64,000 nt of DNA from Enoplolaimus lenunculus (Eukaryota), in contig JASANG010003752.1 in the NCBI GenBank assembly GCA_030248215.1, forward strand, positions 62,001-126,000. The letters run 5' to 3'. Shown here piece after piece: positions 49,285-62,405 of this stretch; within the stretch, counting starts at the first letter, position 1, and every line of letters starts with the position of its first letter. Both the position numbers and the translations under genes were made by a program. The notes under the pieces are model-generated. The model did not search any database, had not been told where the DNA came from, and saw nothing but the letters and a program-made list of their open reading frames with translations.

Positions 49285-50240
49285 TAATATTTGGTTTAAA
49301 TTTCGTATTTTATTTAAAAACAAGTTGTTTTCTGCGCAAAATGAGTTTTACGACACTCTGAAGCCAAAAAAGCTTCAGTTTCCTGGACACTAAAGGGTTT
49401 TGGTTTCATTAGCCAGCACACTGAAGGCTTCATCATTATTTAGCCGTGAATGAAATAAAGGGGATTGTTTATCTTAGTTTGTCATTTTCGTCATTTACAC
49501 GCCGATGATAGAACGAAATTTTATTGCACAAATTTTTATAATAGCGGCCCCTCACGTTTTGAAATTTTACATAATTTTCGTGCGGATTCCACCTATTTCC
49601 CTATTGCTTAATACGCACATGTTGCAGGAGAAATTCACATTTAATTGCAGCTAAACAGAGTGAATGATAGCTCTGGCGTTAGTAGAAATATTTTGAACGG
49701 GTATGACTTTCTTTCGTTCAATTTTATATTGCGTTATCCAAAATTGTTCATATTTTGGTTTATATTTCGTATTTTAAATAAAAACAAGTTGCCTTCTGCA
49801 CAAAATCAGTTTTACAAGACATTAAAGCCAAAAACTCTCAAGTAACCTGCCTGGACACTAAAGCTATTTGGCTTCATTAGCCAGCACACATATGACTTCA
49901 TCATTACGTAACCGTGAAATGAGTGGACCGATTTATCTTTGTTTCTCATTTCTGTCATTTACAAGTCGACGATGGAAGGAACTTTTTACTAGAGAAATGT
50001 TTTGTATAATAGGAATCCTTACCTTTTGAAAAGTTTAGAAAATGTGCATGCGGATTGCCCCTGTACCCCGATGCTTACGCCCCTACTGTTCGAGAAATTC
50101 ACCTTTAATTGCAGTTAACAGAGTTTGTGATATCACTTGGGCGTTAGTAGAAAATTATTTCGAGGGCGGACGACTTTGCATAATACATCTTAGCGTTTTG
50201 GAACATGATGATAGAAGGAATTTTTTATTGCTGATATGGT
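49285..50240. repeat. Diverged ~460-bp tandem duplication downstream of the GPCR
   Basis: TTTGGTTTAAATTTCGTATTTTA..CCTGGACACTAAAG..TCATTAGCCAGCACAC..GAGAAATTCAC..GGCGTTAGTAGAAA occurs twice, plus a partial third unit. Confidence 0.8.
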
Positions 50241-51572
50241 TATAAAGGAGAACCCGTGCCGTTCCAGAACTTTACACAAAAATACACGGCGCACAAAAGT
50301 GTTTAAAAATTCGGATGAAAATTGACATTTTACATATAACGCATGGTGCAACCGGTGATGAAAAATACCGGAGCCGGAGGTTAAACGAAACTTGACGTTT
50401 GGTTTACGTTAGTTTACTTCGAAATTTCGCAAATTCTTAGCTGAAAATTGCGACAAAAGTAAAACAAAACGCGCTAAACAGATAAATTTTCCAAAATTAT
50501 GCAAAATTTAACTGCAAAAATTGCCGAAACCTCCTGAATAAATTCTACTGGAGGACGACCCGTAGCTGGAGGCCGGTTTTCTGTCTGTAGAGCCGAAGCC
50601 AGAGGCACACCGGTTGTACCCTGAAATAAACGCACATGCATCATTGTAAAAAATTTGTGATATTACATGTCATTTCTGAGCAGAAAACTACATAGAATTT
50701 CAGTATTTCAATAAATGAATGCAAACACCAATACCCAGTTTACAGCCTCCAAACATCATTTGCAATTAATGTTCAGAACAACCTTTAAAGTTGTACTTTG
50801 TTCGTTTTCACTTATGCAATCACAGAACATTTCACAACTTTGAACGAGTTTCTCAGCATTTTTTATTCGTGCCATTTACACTTGCGAAACTGCCATACTG
50901 CAAATCAAAAAGCGAAATTGTGCTGGGATTGAAACAGCTTGAACAGACGCATTCCTCCAAACTATGACTTCATTAATGAGACAGAATTTCAACGTTCGCC
51001 TTATATCATAAAGCAACAGAATATTGCGTAGAAAGTTGTCAAAACCTAATGTAGCAAACGATCACCCCTAAAAGTTAAAACGAATGGAATACGACTGGTC
51101 GAGACGCCTAGAAATTAACACAGGCGGGCAATAGTCAGGTAAATGCTTAGCTAGTGTCAAGGGTTGCAGAAACAACTTTGCTGTCACTTCGGAACTTCAG
51201 ACGTTTTAACTAAGCAGCTTGAGAAACAGGCTTACAAATCGTGGCTTGATTAAGTGGACTGTATGTGCCGGCCGTATGCTGTCAGTCGGCAAACATACTA
51301 TATAATGTGATTGCGTATATTGCATATGCACAAGGGCAAGATGTCTCACTTTCTTCCATGTACATAAACCACATTTTGAAATTGTTCCTGTCGGCATTCA
51401 AAATAAGACGAAACACTTGCGCAAGTCGTCATTGTGACATGCGGATGCATGGACCTTAAACTACTTAAATTATCACAGTCATATATATGTAATAAATACA
51501 ATTAAAGATGTTTTAATCTCGAACTCTGAGTAACAAGTCTAGCACACGTATATTGCTTTGGTATATATTGAA

Positions 51573-52756
51573 ATGATGACAGAACATAATTGTCCGATGT
51601 GCATTAATCGAAACTTTGATATTCACAAGAAACAAACGCTTTCAAAGCTTGATCGCAGTCGTAAAGGATCAATTGATTCCAAAATTATTGACTTGGTTGA
51701 CGAGATCAACAGGAATTCGAATTTTGCTACTACAAGTTCTTGTTCAGGTTTGTTATATATGTCACAGCCACGACACTAATTCAGCCATATTGTCAATATA
51801 GCTAGCCACAGCTTCCATTTCCACAGTGGTTAGCCACCGTACCAACGGCGCCTGATTGGTTTATCAGTTGGAAAGTGAAAACGTTTCTTACTGCAGCACG
51901 TAGTAAATCGGGCCTTTCAAAAACACTAAGAAATCGATCACTGCCTGATATAGTATTCTGTTCTTTAGCTATGAAGCATGCTATGCAAAGTGGACAGATA
52001 ACGTTCCTTAGGAATTTAGTTCACTTTTTTTATCCAATCGGAGCCATTTTTAATACCGTTGCCGTCGCTAGCTATATTGACTGTATGATTTTTCACCAGT
52101 GAGCAGAAACAGACTGAGATTATGGCTGTCGGGCACAGTAGTTGGTGTATGGGTAGCGAGCGCTGTTTGTTTGCTGGCACTTGCATTTCTGAATCTTACT
52201 AGTAGATTCGGTATTGGTTTCGTTTCTTTCAGGCCGCGTTATGTTGTTTTCGTCATCGAAAAATAGTGCCAAAAAGAATTGTAAATGGTTGTGGACATCG
52301 CATGATTATCTTACTACATCTGAACACCTAATTGATGCAGTGAAATCTAGTTACAAAATGGGAGATGTCGGTGAAATTAGTGATTTAACGTTAAAGTTTG
52401 AGCCAATAATTTTACATGTTTCGTGCCGAAACTTAAATGCAGCGAAGAGACTTCAAGCCGCTGCAAATCAGTGTGGTCTTCGAAACTCAGGACTTACATT
52501 TGGGACAAGTGGTCGCATAACGCTTGCTGTTAGATCAACTATTAGTTTGGAAATCCCAATCGTTATCAATGGAAGTTTATTAGTAAATGACAATTATATT
52601 AGATTGCTCGCTGGCATTGTGGATGAAAAATTTCGACTGAATGACATTTTAATTAAAAAGTTTATGAATGAATTTCGAACGCGATTTAGGTTAGATATTA
52701 TGGCAGCAAAAGATGTCGCGCTGACGCAAAATGATTCCGAGACAAATTTTGATTGA
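51573..52756 (+). CDS. TYW3: tRNA wybutosine-synthesizing protein 3 (methyltransferase)
   Basis: Exon 51573-51747 (DRSRKGSID..IN..TTSSCSG) joins exon 52233-52756 (GR..KWLWTSH..LKFEPIILHVSCR..GLRNSG..LAVRSTISLEIP). These are the diagnostic TYW3 motifs. Confidence 0.93.
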
Positions 52757-53769
52757 ACTGGAAAGTGAGAGTAATTTGTAATAGAGGTAAATCAATTGTT
52801 AATTTGTTGTTTCCTGACGATTGGTTATCCGACTCCGGCTCAGGCTTGAGCCAGCTCAACATGCTAGATGTTTAGATGGTGCATTTTACAAACGGAGCTA
52901 GCAACATTTGTGCGAGGGGAAATTTTTCTAGATAAGACTGAACCCTCTCTGGTCACGTATAGGTTTCTAAAAACTATATATGTGTTTTCACTAGGTGCGA
53001 ACAGTTTAACAGATTGCAACTGGTCAGTAAATTAAGTTTCATTAAGTTTTGTTCCTTAAGTATCTATTTAATATTAGGCTTTTCTCATTTGGGTTTTGAA
53101 CAAAACCAATGCAGTGTACATACGTAAGATGAGTTTAAGCACACGGAAAGCTCGTAGTGTGAAATAGAAGCTTAAATGATTCATTCACCTAAAGATGTTT
53201 GCTTTACTGTACATTTAAAGTTGATTTTGCGCTTGTCATATATGTTGTTTTCAGCAATAAATTTTGTATTCTTTTGTTTTTCGGTGTATCAGAGCTTATG
53301 ATCATCGGACAGAGGTTGGTAGGCTAGCAAAATGTGTCGTAAGTTAGTTTATTTCGGTTGTGAATGAAGACTAACGAAATCACAGCCCGTTATATAGCTG
53401 AGCGCCGCATTAATAGTATGCCGTATTCATAGGTCTTAGGGTCAGATATGCGCGGTCTCGGTTTTTAACCGAGACCGGTACCTGCCTATCGAGATCGGTC
53501 AAGAAAATGTCTCGGTCTCGATCAATTCTTGGCGATCACAAAAATTAAAATTTTCAAAATAATTTACTTCTAATGCATTTTTCCTAGTTTTTGTGTTTTT
53601 CATAGTTGTTTTTAGTTTTTCCAGAATATCTGCTAGTAATTATTGCGTAGTTATGAAATTTGATGTTTTATTTGTCAGCCATCACTTCAACAATGCAGTC
53701 GTACATTTGCTAAGTCCTCGACGTCTGGTATTTGGTTCCAGACCAACGAGACTAAAAACCGAGTCTGAA

Positions 53770-53960
53770 GCCTGCCAAGTACTGAGATTGAGACCTGCCA
53801 AATACCGAGACTGAGATTTGCCAAATACCGAGACTGAGACCTGCCAAATACCGAGACTGAGACCTGCCAAATACCGAGACTGAGACGTGCCAAGTACCGA
53901 GACTGAGATCTACTAAATACCGAGACGGAGACCTGTTAAGTGCTGCAGACCTACCAAATA
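53770..53960. repeat. 23-bp minisatellite (GAGACCTGCCAAATACCGAGACT) within a hAT-like element
   Basis: About 7-8 units with 23-nt spacing (53798, 53821, 53844...). Confidence 0.9.
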
Positions 53961-54513
53961 CCGCGACCGAGGCTTGTATCCACGCTCAGAGGGTGCAACC
54001 AGAATTCCGATTCCGATTATAATTCCAATTCAACACGAGTTCCGGGTGACGGACGGCGCCGTACGACAAAACTTATAACACCACTGTAAGTCTAAGGTTA
54101 AGTTTGCGGAAAAAATAATACTAAGCCTATACAAAGTCTAGTGTAAAGCTCAAGCTTACTCTGTTGCAGTCCCATGGAGAAACCTTCAACTTCTCAGCTA
54201 TACAATGGGGGAAAGCAATTTACTACGGATACTAGTAAGAATGGTTGAATTGAATAGAAATTACGCGATGTGTGGTTTGATCAAATTTCAAAACCTTGAA
54301 GGTGCAAGTATGGTGTTTGATTCAAGGAGTTTAATTATAAGATGTGCGCAACTTCTCGCTCAACGAGTACCTTTTAATGGTCTATGTACTGCAGGCTTCC
54401 TGCATTGAAAATATGCAACGGCGGCGGAATAGCGTGGAGTATTGGTATGACGACACTTATCACTGCAGTCAAGGCAGAATCGAATGTTTTCCGCCTGTTT
54501 TAATGCATATATT

Positions 54514-54673
54514 GGCCAATGTTACTTTAAGGGGCGTAACAGTAGATTAAGCGTTTTCCTAAGCGTAAGCGGTGCAAAAATGTTTGCCTAAGCCTAAACA
54601 AAAGCATGTAATCAAATCTACTCTTTTGTGGGCCTACCAGAAACCTGGACGCCCCTTAAAGTAACATAGGCCC
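54514..54673. mobile_element. TTAGGC-carrying MITE, subfamily B
   Basis: TIRs GGCCAATGTTACTTTAAGGGGCGT ... ACGCCCCTTAAAGTAACATAGGCCC. An inverted copy is at 33008-33191, with partial copies near 15030, 26444 and 41276. Confidence 0.78.
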
Positions 54674-55246
54674 ATATATTTATAGAATTTAACCGAAGTT
54701 TTAAACCTTGAGATTTGTCTATGGACCGTGGAATTTTTCCCCCAACTCATCGGTCGCCCTGCGCCTGGCTCAACGTCAAACTCGCGTCATGATAGAACAG
54801 AGACTATGGTTTGAATTTCTGTCTTGTTAACTTTTCAATCGCCTGTAGGATATAAGTATTGTGCATTTATTGTAATATAGCATTCCTGTTGAAGTACATC
54901 TTACACTTTTTTAGTTCACCGACGACAGGCATTGAATTTTTTGAGACACTTATTTGCAAAAGTTATGGAATTTCAAATGGTTTTTAATATTTTTATGCGA
55001 TTGAGCCGGTGCGGAGCTGGACCTCTATCTGTTAACGCCCATTATGATTAATGTTATTTAATCCTATGCATAAGTCTATATGTCTCCGAGTGAGCTTGCA
55101 TCTGTAAGTGTCATGGGTCATATATTAATATTTAGGTCTTTCAATGTATAGGTATTAGTTAAATATCCGCTTTGAAATACTGTTCGAAATGTGTTGATAT
55201 TTGTTGTTTACGATACGAAACTACTGCAATCTCAGCGTTGTAAACA

Positions 55247-58200
55247 ATGGTTCGTTTGTACAGATTGATTCACTGTCATACTCCACTGCCACGTTGCTTA
55301 GGTAACTGCTATGCTTGGGTAAACACAATTCCGGTCATGTATATAGAACATGATCGTGACAGTCATAGGCCTTTAAGCGTTCGCTTAGACTCAGAGTCGT
55401 ACTCAGGCTATGGTTTTAGGCATTGCGGATCGAAGCAGGCCGACCCAAGCCTTGGCCTCTCGGCCTGAATCAACACTAAAATTTGTGTAAAGTTATACCG
55501 GAATCGGAACAGTAAATTTAGACCGGAGTTGGCAAGTTAAATTTTGTGACTGTAAGAATAATTTGTATGGACAAATCTAATGTTGATTTAGGGTGTGTGC
55601 TGGGTTGCAACAATTTTTAAAAAGGTCGCATGAACAAATTGGCGATGATTTTTGGTTCTGTAACGCTAAACTGCAATCAATTATTGATAAGTTAACTCAT
55701 CGAAAGCAATTTAATAGATAAATAATACAGAATTTGTCATTGTTTATTTTTTCAGGTCGATGTTTTTCGACGGCGACTGTGTTTTGTTCTGCAACGGCAC
55801 CATTCGTAAATAACGAACCTGTGCAATCAAAACCTCCCTTGCTACCGTCAAGCGAATATCAAAGGCGTGTTTCAGAAGGCATTTTACAGCACGACGAATA
55901 TCAAATTCAACTTTTAGAACACTTTGATCGACTTTTTCACGAACTTAAAACATATCATCCGTCCAAATTTAGCGAGTCTAATGTACGAAAGGTGAGTTTA
56001 GTTCACTGCTTGTATTTTCGAATGGTTATGCAACCTATTACCAGTTGGCGATGTTTTTCAAACAAACGAACTACGGTATTTATCACTCATAATTTCTCTT
56101 AGCGTTTGAATATAGGCGTCGCATGAATATTTGGAACACATATTGTTTATTGGAGATATTTAATTAAGAATGCCGGCCAACAGACGTGCTTTAAAAGTTT
56201 TATTTATCAAGTACTGATTTTTCTGGGTAACTTCCATAACCCTTGTATTATCAGAAAACTCTGAGCGGGCCCCTTTTTAAGCTGGTAATGGTTGTTGCAG
56301 GTCTGGCGACTGTTTAGTGGACAGCGAGAACCAAAGATCAAACCCCCTCAAGGCATTTACCTCTATGGCAGCGTAGGTACAGACAGGTTGTTGGTTGAAA
56401 TTATTATTATTATTATAGTATCAGTAAATGTTGACTGGAATATCCGTAACGTTGCCTGTTAAGTTTGTATGTACGAATAAAAATACGCTGTGGTGTTTTG
56501 ATTGAAACCAGGTGTGCATCAGGTATTGCTATGATATTTTCCAAGCATTTGATGGAATTTTTGGTAAATAGTTTTCGTTAGAAAAATGAAATATGAAATT
56601 TGAAGAAGAAGATTTATGGTATAGTATGATTAGGACGCTACTGTGATATTAAATTTTTAAAATATGTTTTTAAACCTTTTTTACATTGTTGTCTTAGTTC
56701 AATGGACCTTAATTCGCGGATAGAAGTGTGTGTTATCGTGGTATCGCTTTGACACGCGACAATCACGATCACTCGATACTAAATTCTGTCTGAGAATAAT
56801 GTTGAATAGAACAATTTGAGTGTATTTTTCAGGCTGCGGCAAAACGCTATTAATGGACATGTTTTTTGATTGTTGTAGTCATGTGCGGCGTAAACAGCGC
56901 ATTCACTTTCATGAGTTTATGGGTCGTGTACATCATGGTATGTTGTGTAATACTGTTTAGATAGTTTTACTAGCTAAATACGATCAATTCGATAGTTGTA
57001 TCAGTATGCAGTTCCTCAGGGCGATTGTTGAGCTGGTGCGGTCAGATATCGAACTGGCTTAAACATCGACATCCGGCTCCAATACTCTAATTTTTGGAAA
57101 CTTTACTGTTAAACGTTTAATGTAACTCAGTACCAAATTGCAGTTTATGAGCAATTTTACAATAGTATCGCCATCACGGTGACCTTTGTATTGGAGGATG
57201 TGCTGCAACTGACTTTTTTGTATTTGGTCGCGTCCTGTTGTTGAAATATGTCAAATTTTAAACTAATGAAAGTTTTTCCAGAAAAGCTCGATGCTTTCAT
57301 TTTCGAAAGCGAAAATGAAAATTTTTTTATTAGTTTTGCTTTTTAGAGATTCACAGAGTGAAAATAAGCCTTCCACCTCGTGATCCATCAGTCAAGTCAT
57401 ACGATCCGATACCTCCAGTTGCTCAAAACATCGCCGAAAACGCGTGGCTATTGTGTTTTGATGAATTTCAGGTGTTTCAAGATTATTAATATTTTAAGTC
57501 AATTTAATGGAATTTGATTGCTTGCAGCTGAGACATTTGCTGAAAAACATTCGTTTTATGCTGGTTTTTAATAGGCTCGTGTTGGTAATTATTTATACAT
57601 GTTAGTTAGTGTAGACAAGTAATATTATTTTTCTGAAGTTTGGTTAAATGATGCTTGTCTTGGCATGGTTTGGCTTGGAATTTCGATGAGAGTTTAATTT
57701 GAATTTCTCACGCTAATTCCTATTCAAAAGTCCGTTGGCCAGCTGCAATTTGAAAATGCCTTATGAATTACAATGTTGGTCGCAATTTAGTTTTGCATGT
57801 AGTGCGCAACTACCGATGTAACAACGCTATGTCAACAAGATGCTATTTTCAATGTTTGTGTAGAATTTGGGGGATGCTTGTGAATTTTTATTGTGTGGTA
57901 AATTTGTGTATAAAAATAAATTGTATTTTGAATGTTCCAGGTCACAGATATAGCAGATGCAATGATATTAAAACGTTTGTTCACCGCGTTGTTCAATAAT
58001 CATGTCGTTGTTGTTGCTACTTCAAATCGACCCCCTGATGGTTAGTTTCGTGCAGCCTGGATGGTCACTTTTTGAACAATAGTATGCAACTTGGTATGTT
58101 CTATGTAGAGAGAAATGTACTAGCGTTGGTTGCGCGCCTCATTGGTGTATTTGTTCTCAGGGATGAGCGCTGTCGGTTAAAAACCGAGATTGAGCTTTCA

Positions 58201-61200
58201 CCACCGTGACCGGCAAAAGACAAGTCTCGGTCAATTTTCGGTCTTAACGGAAAAAAATTAAAACTTTAAAATAAAATGTTTCAAATGTTTTTGTAGTTTT
58301 TGTGTTTTCATAGTTTTTTGTGTTTTTCATAGCTTTTTGCGTTTTTTCAGAATGTCTGCTCATAATTATTGTTGCGTAGCTATCATTTCACAATTTCACA
58401 GTGAAACATTATCCACAAGTCAACACTTACTTCAACAATACAGTCATACAGTTGCTGAATCCTCGACTTTTGGTCTCGGTTAAAAGCCACCGTGACTCAA
58501 AAAAGCGCGAGACCGGGACCGAGATTTAGGTAACAGCCAAATGCCGAGACATACCCGACCGAGAACGAGACTCCCATCCCTGTTTATTATATTAATATCT
58601 AAGTGGATCTACGAAATATTTATATAATTAATATATCATTTCAGATCTGTACAAAACTGGTCTACAACGAAGCCAATTTATTCCGTTTATTCCTGTGCTT
58701 AAGGCAAGTTTACGATTTAGCTCAGGCTATATTGTAGCCGTCTCCCAAGCTGTGTAATGTAAGTGGTCCTTTTTATGTTCAAGTTTTTAGAATTTAATCT
58801 TTGTGACACACTCTTGTGTCTTGAAAGTTTCCGGCATGAAATTGGATTTTGAGATGAACTTAAACGTTCAGTGTTCGCTAGGACAATGGTGTACTTTGAG
58901 TTGAATTTTGTTGCAGAAATATTGCAGTGCAGTAGCGCTTGATTCGGGCAAAGACTATAGAAAATTGTCAAAATTATCGTCTGGAACTGTATTCTTTACG
59001 TGAGTTTTACAATATTAACTGTTATTATGGGAAATTTAAAACTTGTATGTTGATATTTAGTGGCAATATATGTTACTGGCTTACACTGATTTATTGAGAA
59101 ATTTGAATTTGGGCAGGTCGGTTCCGAAAAGCGACTAAAATTTGAAAAGGAACGTATGCTGTTTTCCGTCTTTTAGTATTTTGTACATTTTTAATTAATT
59201 TTTGAGTTTTCGATTACAGTAAATAAAATTCGTATGTTTCATAGCATTATGACACGTAATACTTTCAGGCGTCAACAGCATGATACTAAACGCGAAATGG
59301 ATCGTATGTTTAAGAATCTGTGTAGCAGAGAGACTGACTGTAAGATAATTTGTTGTGATTTTACTGATGTTTTTTAGCTTTGTCCTGAGTCAAATTTTTG
59401 CTATGGTATTTGATGCTCAAAAAGTTTAAAATGTTTTTTATTAATTTGCTGATTTATATTGAGCGTCAATTTAGAGTTTAATATATTTGACTTTATAGTT
59501 ATTTGTTATTTGCTTGGGCTTGTAGTTCAACTGTAGAAAAATGATAGACGTCGAAATTTTAGCTGTTGATTTTTGGATTTGAGAAAAAACTGGCCAAGGT
59601 AAAAGGCAGACTTATGTGTAACTTTAAACGAGGATTTTTGGGAGCAGGAAATAATATTTGGACTTTGAAATAGTAGGTTGATTGAAATGTATACGCCCAT
59701 GTCACATTAATCATTTTCAGATATGAGACCTCGAACGCTGAATGTTTTTGGTCGAAATGTTGAAGTTGAAAAAGCTTGTGGTCGTGTGGCTGATTTTGAA
59801 TTTCAAGACTTATGTGGCAAAGTATGTCTCTTGTCGTGTATGTTTATTTGTTTTGTGTTGTTCTGATTTTGCCTTTTCTTTTTGTCTTGTTTCATTTTCC
59901 TGGTTTACGGCCTTTCCATCAATATGTACGGCATTTATTCGCTGTTGGCTCAATGCTTCAACGTTTCAGTGTTTTGCTGAATTTTAATATGTTTTACTTC
60001 CTTTGTTACGGCAGAGTTTGTTGAGCTATTTTGAATTGTGCATGTATAGATTTCAGTACTAGCGACCTGATCCTAAGCTGGCCTTTACTCCATGGGCAAA
60101 CTGATAGCTGCTGATTAAATTACGCGTCTGAATGTCGGGTTTTGTTGCTTTTAGCCGCTCGGTGCTTCAGATTATATCGTTATTAGCCGCGTATTTCACA
60201 CTGTTCTTGTACGCGATATCCCAGTGTTTAATTATGACAATTTGAGTGAAGCGAGAAGATTTATTACGTTGGTAGATACGTTTTATGAATATAAGGTAAG
60301 AGATTTAATATTAGGGCAGTGTTCTTAAGGCTTTCTAGGGCAGGTTGTAATCGGAATTTTATTTCGGGATGACACAACTCTAAATAATAACTTTGAAGTT
60401 TGTCATCGAACGTAGCGAACAGTTACTTTACTTGTATGACTGCGGTACCATAACCGAGAGTATTCTGTCTTTTAAAAAATGCCAGTAGTATGAAAACTAG
60501 CATTATTGAATTTTTTATAAAATGTTTTTCTGTCGAATTTGCAGTATTATTTTGCATTATAATTATTGTTGTTTTTATTTATGTTAATTTATAGTTTTGT
60601 TTCTAATTTAAGGTTCGTTTAATTTGCTCAGCTGCTGCCGAAATTGATTTGTTATTTGATTTTTCGGGTGGAACTCAAATGTCTGATTCGCAAAGAGTTT
60701 TAATGGACGATCTGTCAATTGTACAAAAGCATGATGTAAAGTTTTACTATTTAAGCAACTGAGGTGTATCTTCGTTGATATTAACTTGACAGACATTGCT
60801 TACAGCTTATTTTCACAATGACTGAGTTTTTGATTCGTTTCTTAAGCATAGTTCCAGTAACTATTTACTTAGCTTAAAATGAATAAATGCCTACTTGAGT
60901 AAGATTTTTAGAAATGCGTGAATAGTAATTGCTGTTCTGAATATATAAGCGCCCATATTATGCAGAAATAAATGTTTTTTAGACTTTGGTTTTGGCTTGT
61001 ACATATGTTTGCTTTCGGTTTGATGTTCGGATTGTGTTCGGGTCTGGTTTCTATCTAAGCTTGAAGTTTTTAAATTATACTATTGTAGGAGCAAGCGTCT
61101 GCGAGCATTTTCACTGGTGACGAAGAAAAATTTGCGTTTGATCGGACACAGTCGCGATTGCACGAAATGCAAAGCGATGAGTATTGGAAACATCGGGAAC

Positions 61201-61214
61201 CGTCGTTTAACTGA
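55247..61214 (+). CDS. AFG1L: AFG1-like / LACE1 mitochondrial AAA+ ATPase
   Basis: 13 exons: 55247-55301, 55756-55991, 56301-56376, 56833-56937, 57347-57471, 57941-58040, 58645-58703 (GC donor), 58917-58999, 59269-59339, 59721-59821, 60155-60295, 60613-60735, 61089-61214. Walker [20 protein letters not shown], Walker [61 protein letters not shown]. The Arg-rich N-terminus resembles a mitochondrial presequence. Confidence 0.95.
58158..58582. mobile_element. hAT-like MITE in an AFG1L intron
   Basis: CAGGGATG...CATCCCTG TIR with similar 8-bp flanks TTTGTTCT/TTTATTAT. CCGAGAC subrepeats; body homologous to ~53440-53970. Confidence 0.7.
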
Positions 61215-62332
61215 AGCTTTTCTCAGTTAATACGTATATATTTCTCTTGTCAGGACTGCAGATACCACTGGTCTGTCCCGTTAGGTATGGGTGAATAATT
61301 TATTTTCAAATTAGTCGAACTATACGAACCTATAGGTTTAAGCCAAATTATCAAGATTTGGTTGAGGAATATGAAGATGTTTTAAATTAAAGATATTGTA
61401 AATATAATATTTTGTGGATATGTAGAATAATTATATTTTTTGGCTTTCACTGTTTTATAGTGATTATAATTATAGTAAATCACTGGTTAGTCTATTGTAT
61501 TACGATCACTACCAATACCCTTTATTCAAACTTCTAATTTTCACGCAAATATCGAATAATTTTAATCATTACTAATGTTTCTTCTGCTTAACATAATCAG
61601 AAAAATTACTTTGTCTACACGGAAGTTTACTATCCAGTTCAAAATTGTTTGTGAAGTCTACTTAAAAGGCGAATAATGAAGTAAAACCGGCCGATAGACA
61701 ATCAAGATTGGATAAACCTTTAAGTTGTTAAGCTTTGCAAAGCCTTTACTCGCTATCCATTCTGTTCACACGCTGCGGTTGAGTGCGATTGACCTACTGA
61801 TGAAATAATTTCAATCTCAGTAAAGCAGGATACATACAAATCGTTTAAAAAGAGTTGATTCTTTGATCTGGGGTTAAACAGTATTTTAGTGACTGGGAAC
61901 ATGACTCGAATACTGTTCAAAAATATTTGCCGTTTCTTGGATTACGACATAATATGCCCATATATACCACTGGTAAAACTTCACTGCAAATGTATTGTAT
62001 TGTGAAGCCAGCTTCTTCGCATTTCAAGACTTGGAGCAGTGCAGGAGCGTATGGGTAGTGCCACCAGTTTGAATTACAGCATGGAGCAATAAGGTCTGTA
62101 GAAAGCGATAATCCAATGTTTGGCAAGGTTGAAATGAAGCATTGCGTTTGTCCGAAAACCTTTCAAGGAACAATCTTAAGATTGTTTATCGGCAATCTCT
62201 TTGTACCGTTCAACCCATGTTACTGTTTAGTGGTGCTCCGTGTGAGTATACGCGGCTTGTGCATGTGCAGAGTGTGTAATGTTAAGACATACATACTCGT
62301 GCACATATACCACCAGAGGAAATTAAGATATC

Positions 62333-62405
62333 GGCCGCGTGGTGTAATGAGTAGAGCGCTTGACTCGCGAGCGAGAGGTCCGAGGTTCGATTCCCGGCGT
62401 GGCCA
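62333..62405 (+). pseudogene. tRNA-like sequence (tRNA pseudogene or SINE head), nominal anticodon CGC
   Basis: Acceptor stem GGCCGCG/CGTGGCC, A box TGGTGTAATGAG, B box GGTTCGATTCC. The D, anticodon and T stems contain mismatches, and the Ala G3:U70 identity pair is absent. Confidence 0.65.

Noticed and set aside
52756..55247. TYW3-AFG1L as a nematode operon
   Set aside because: Same strand but 2.5 kb apart with several MITEs between, and no clear trans-splice signal before the AFG1L ATG.
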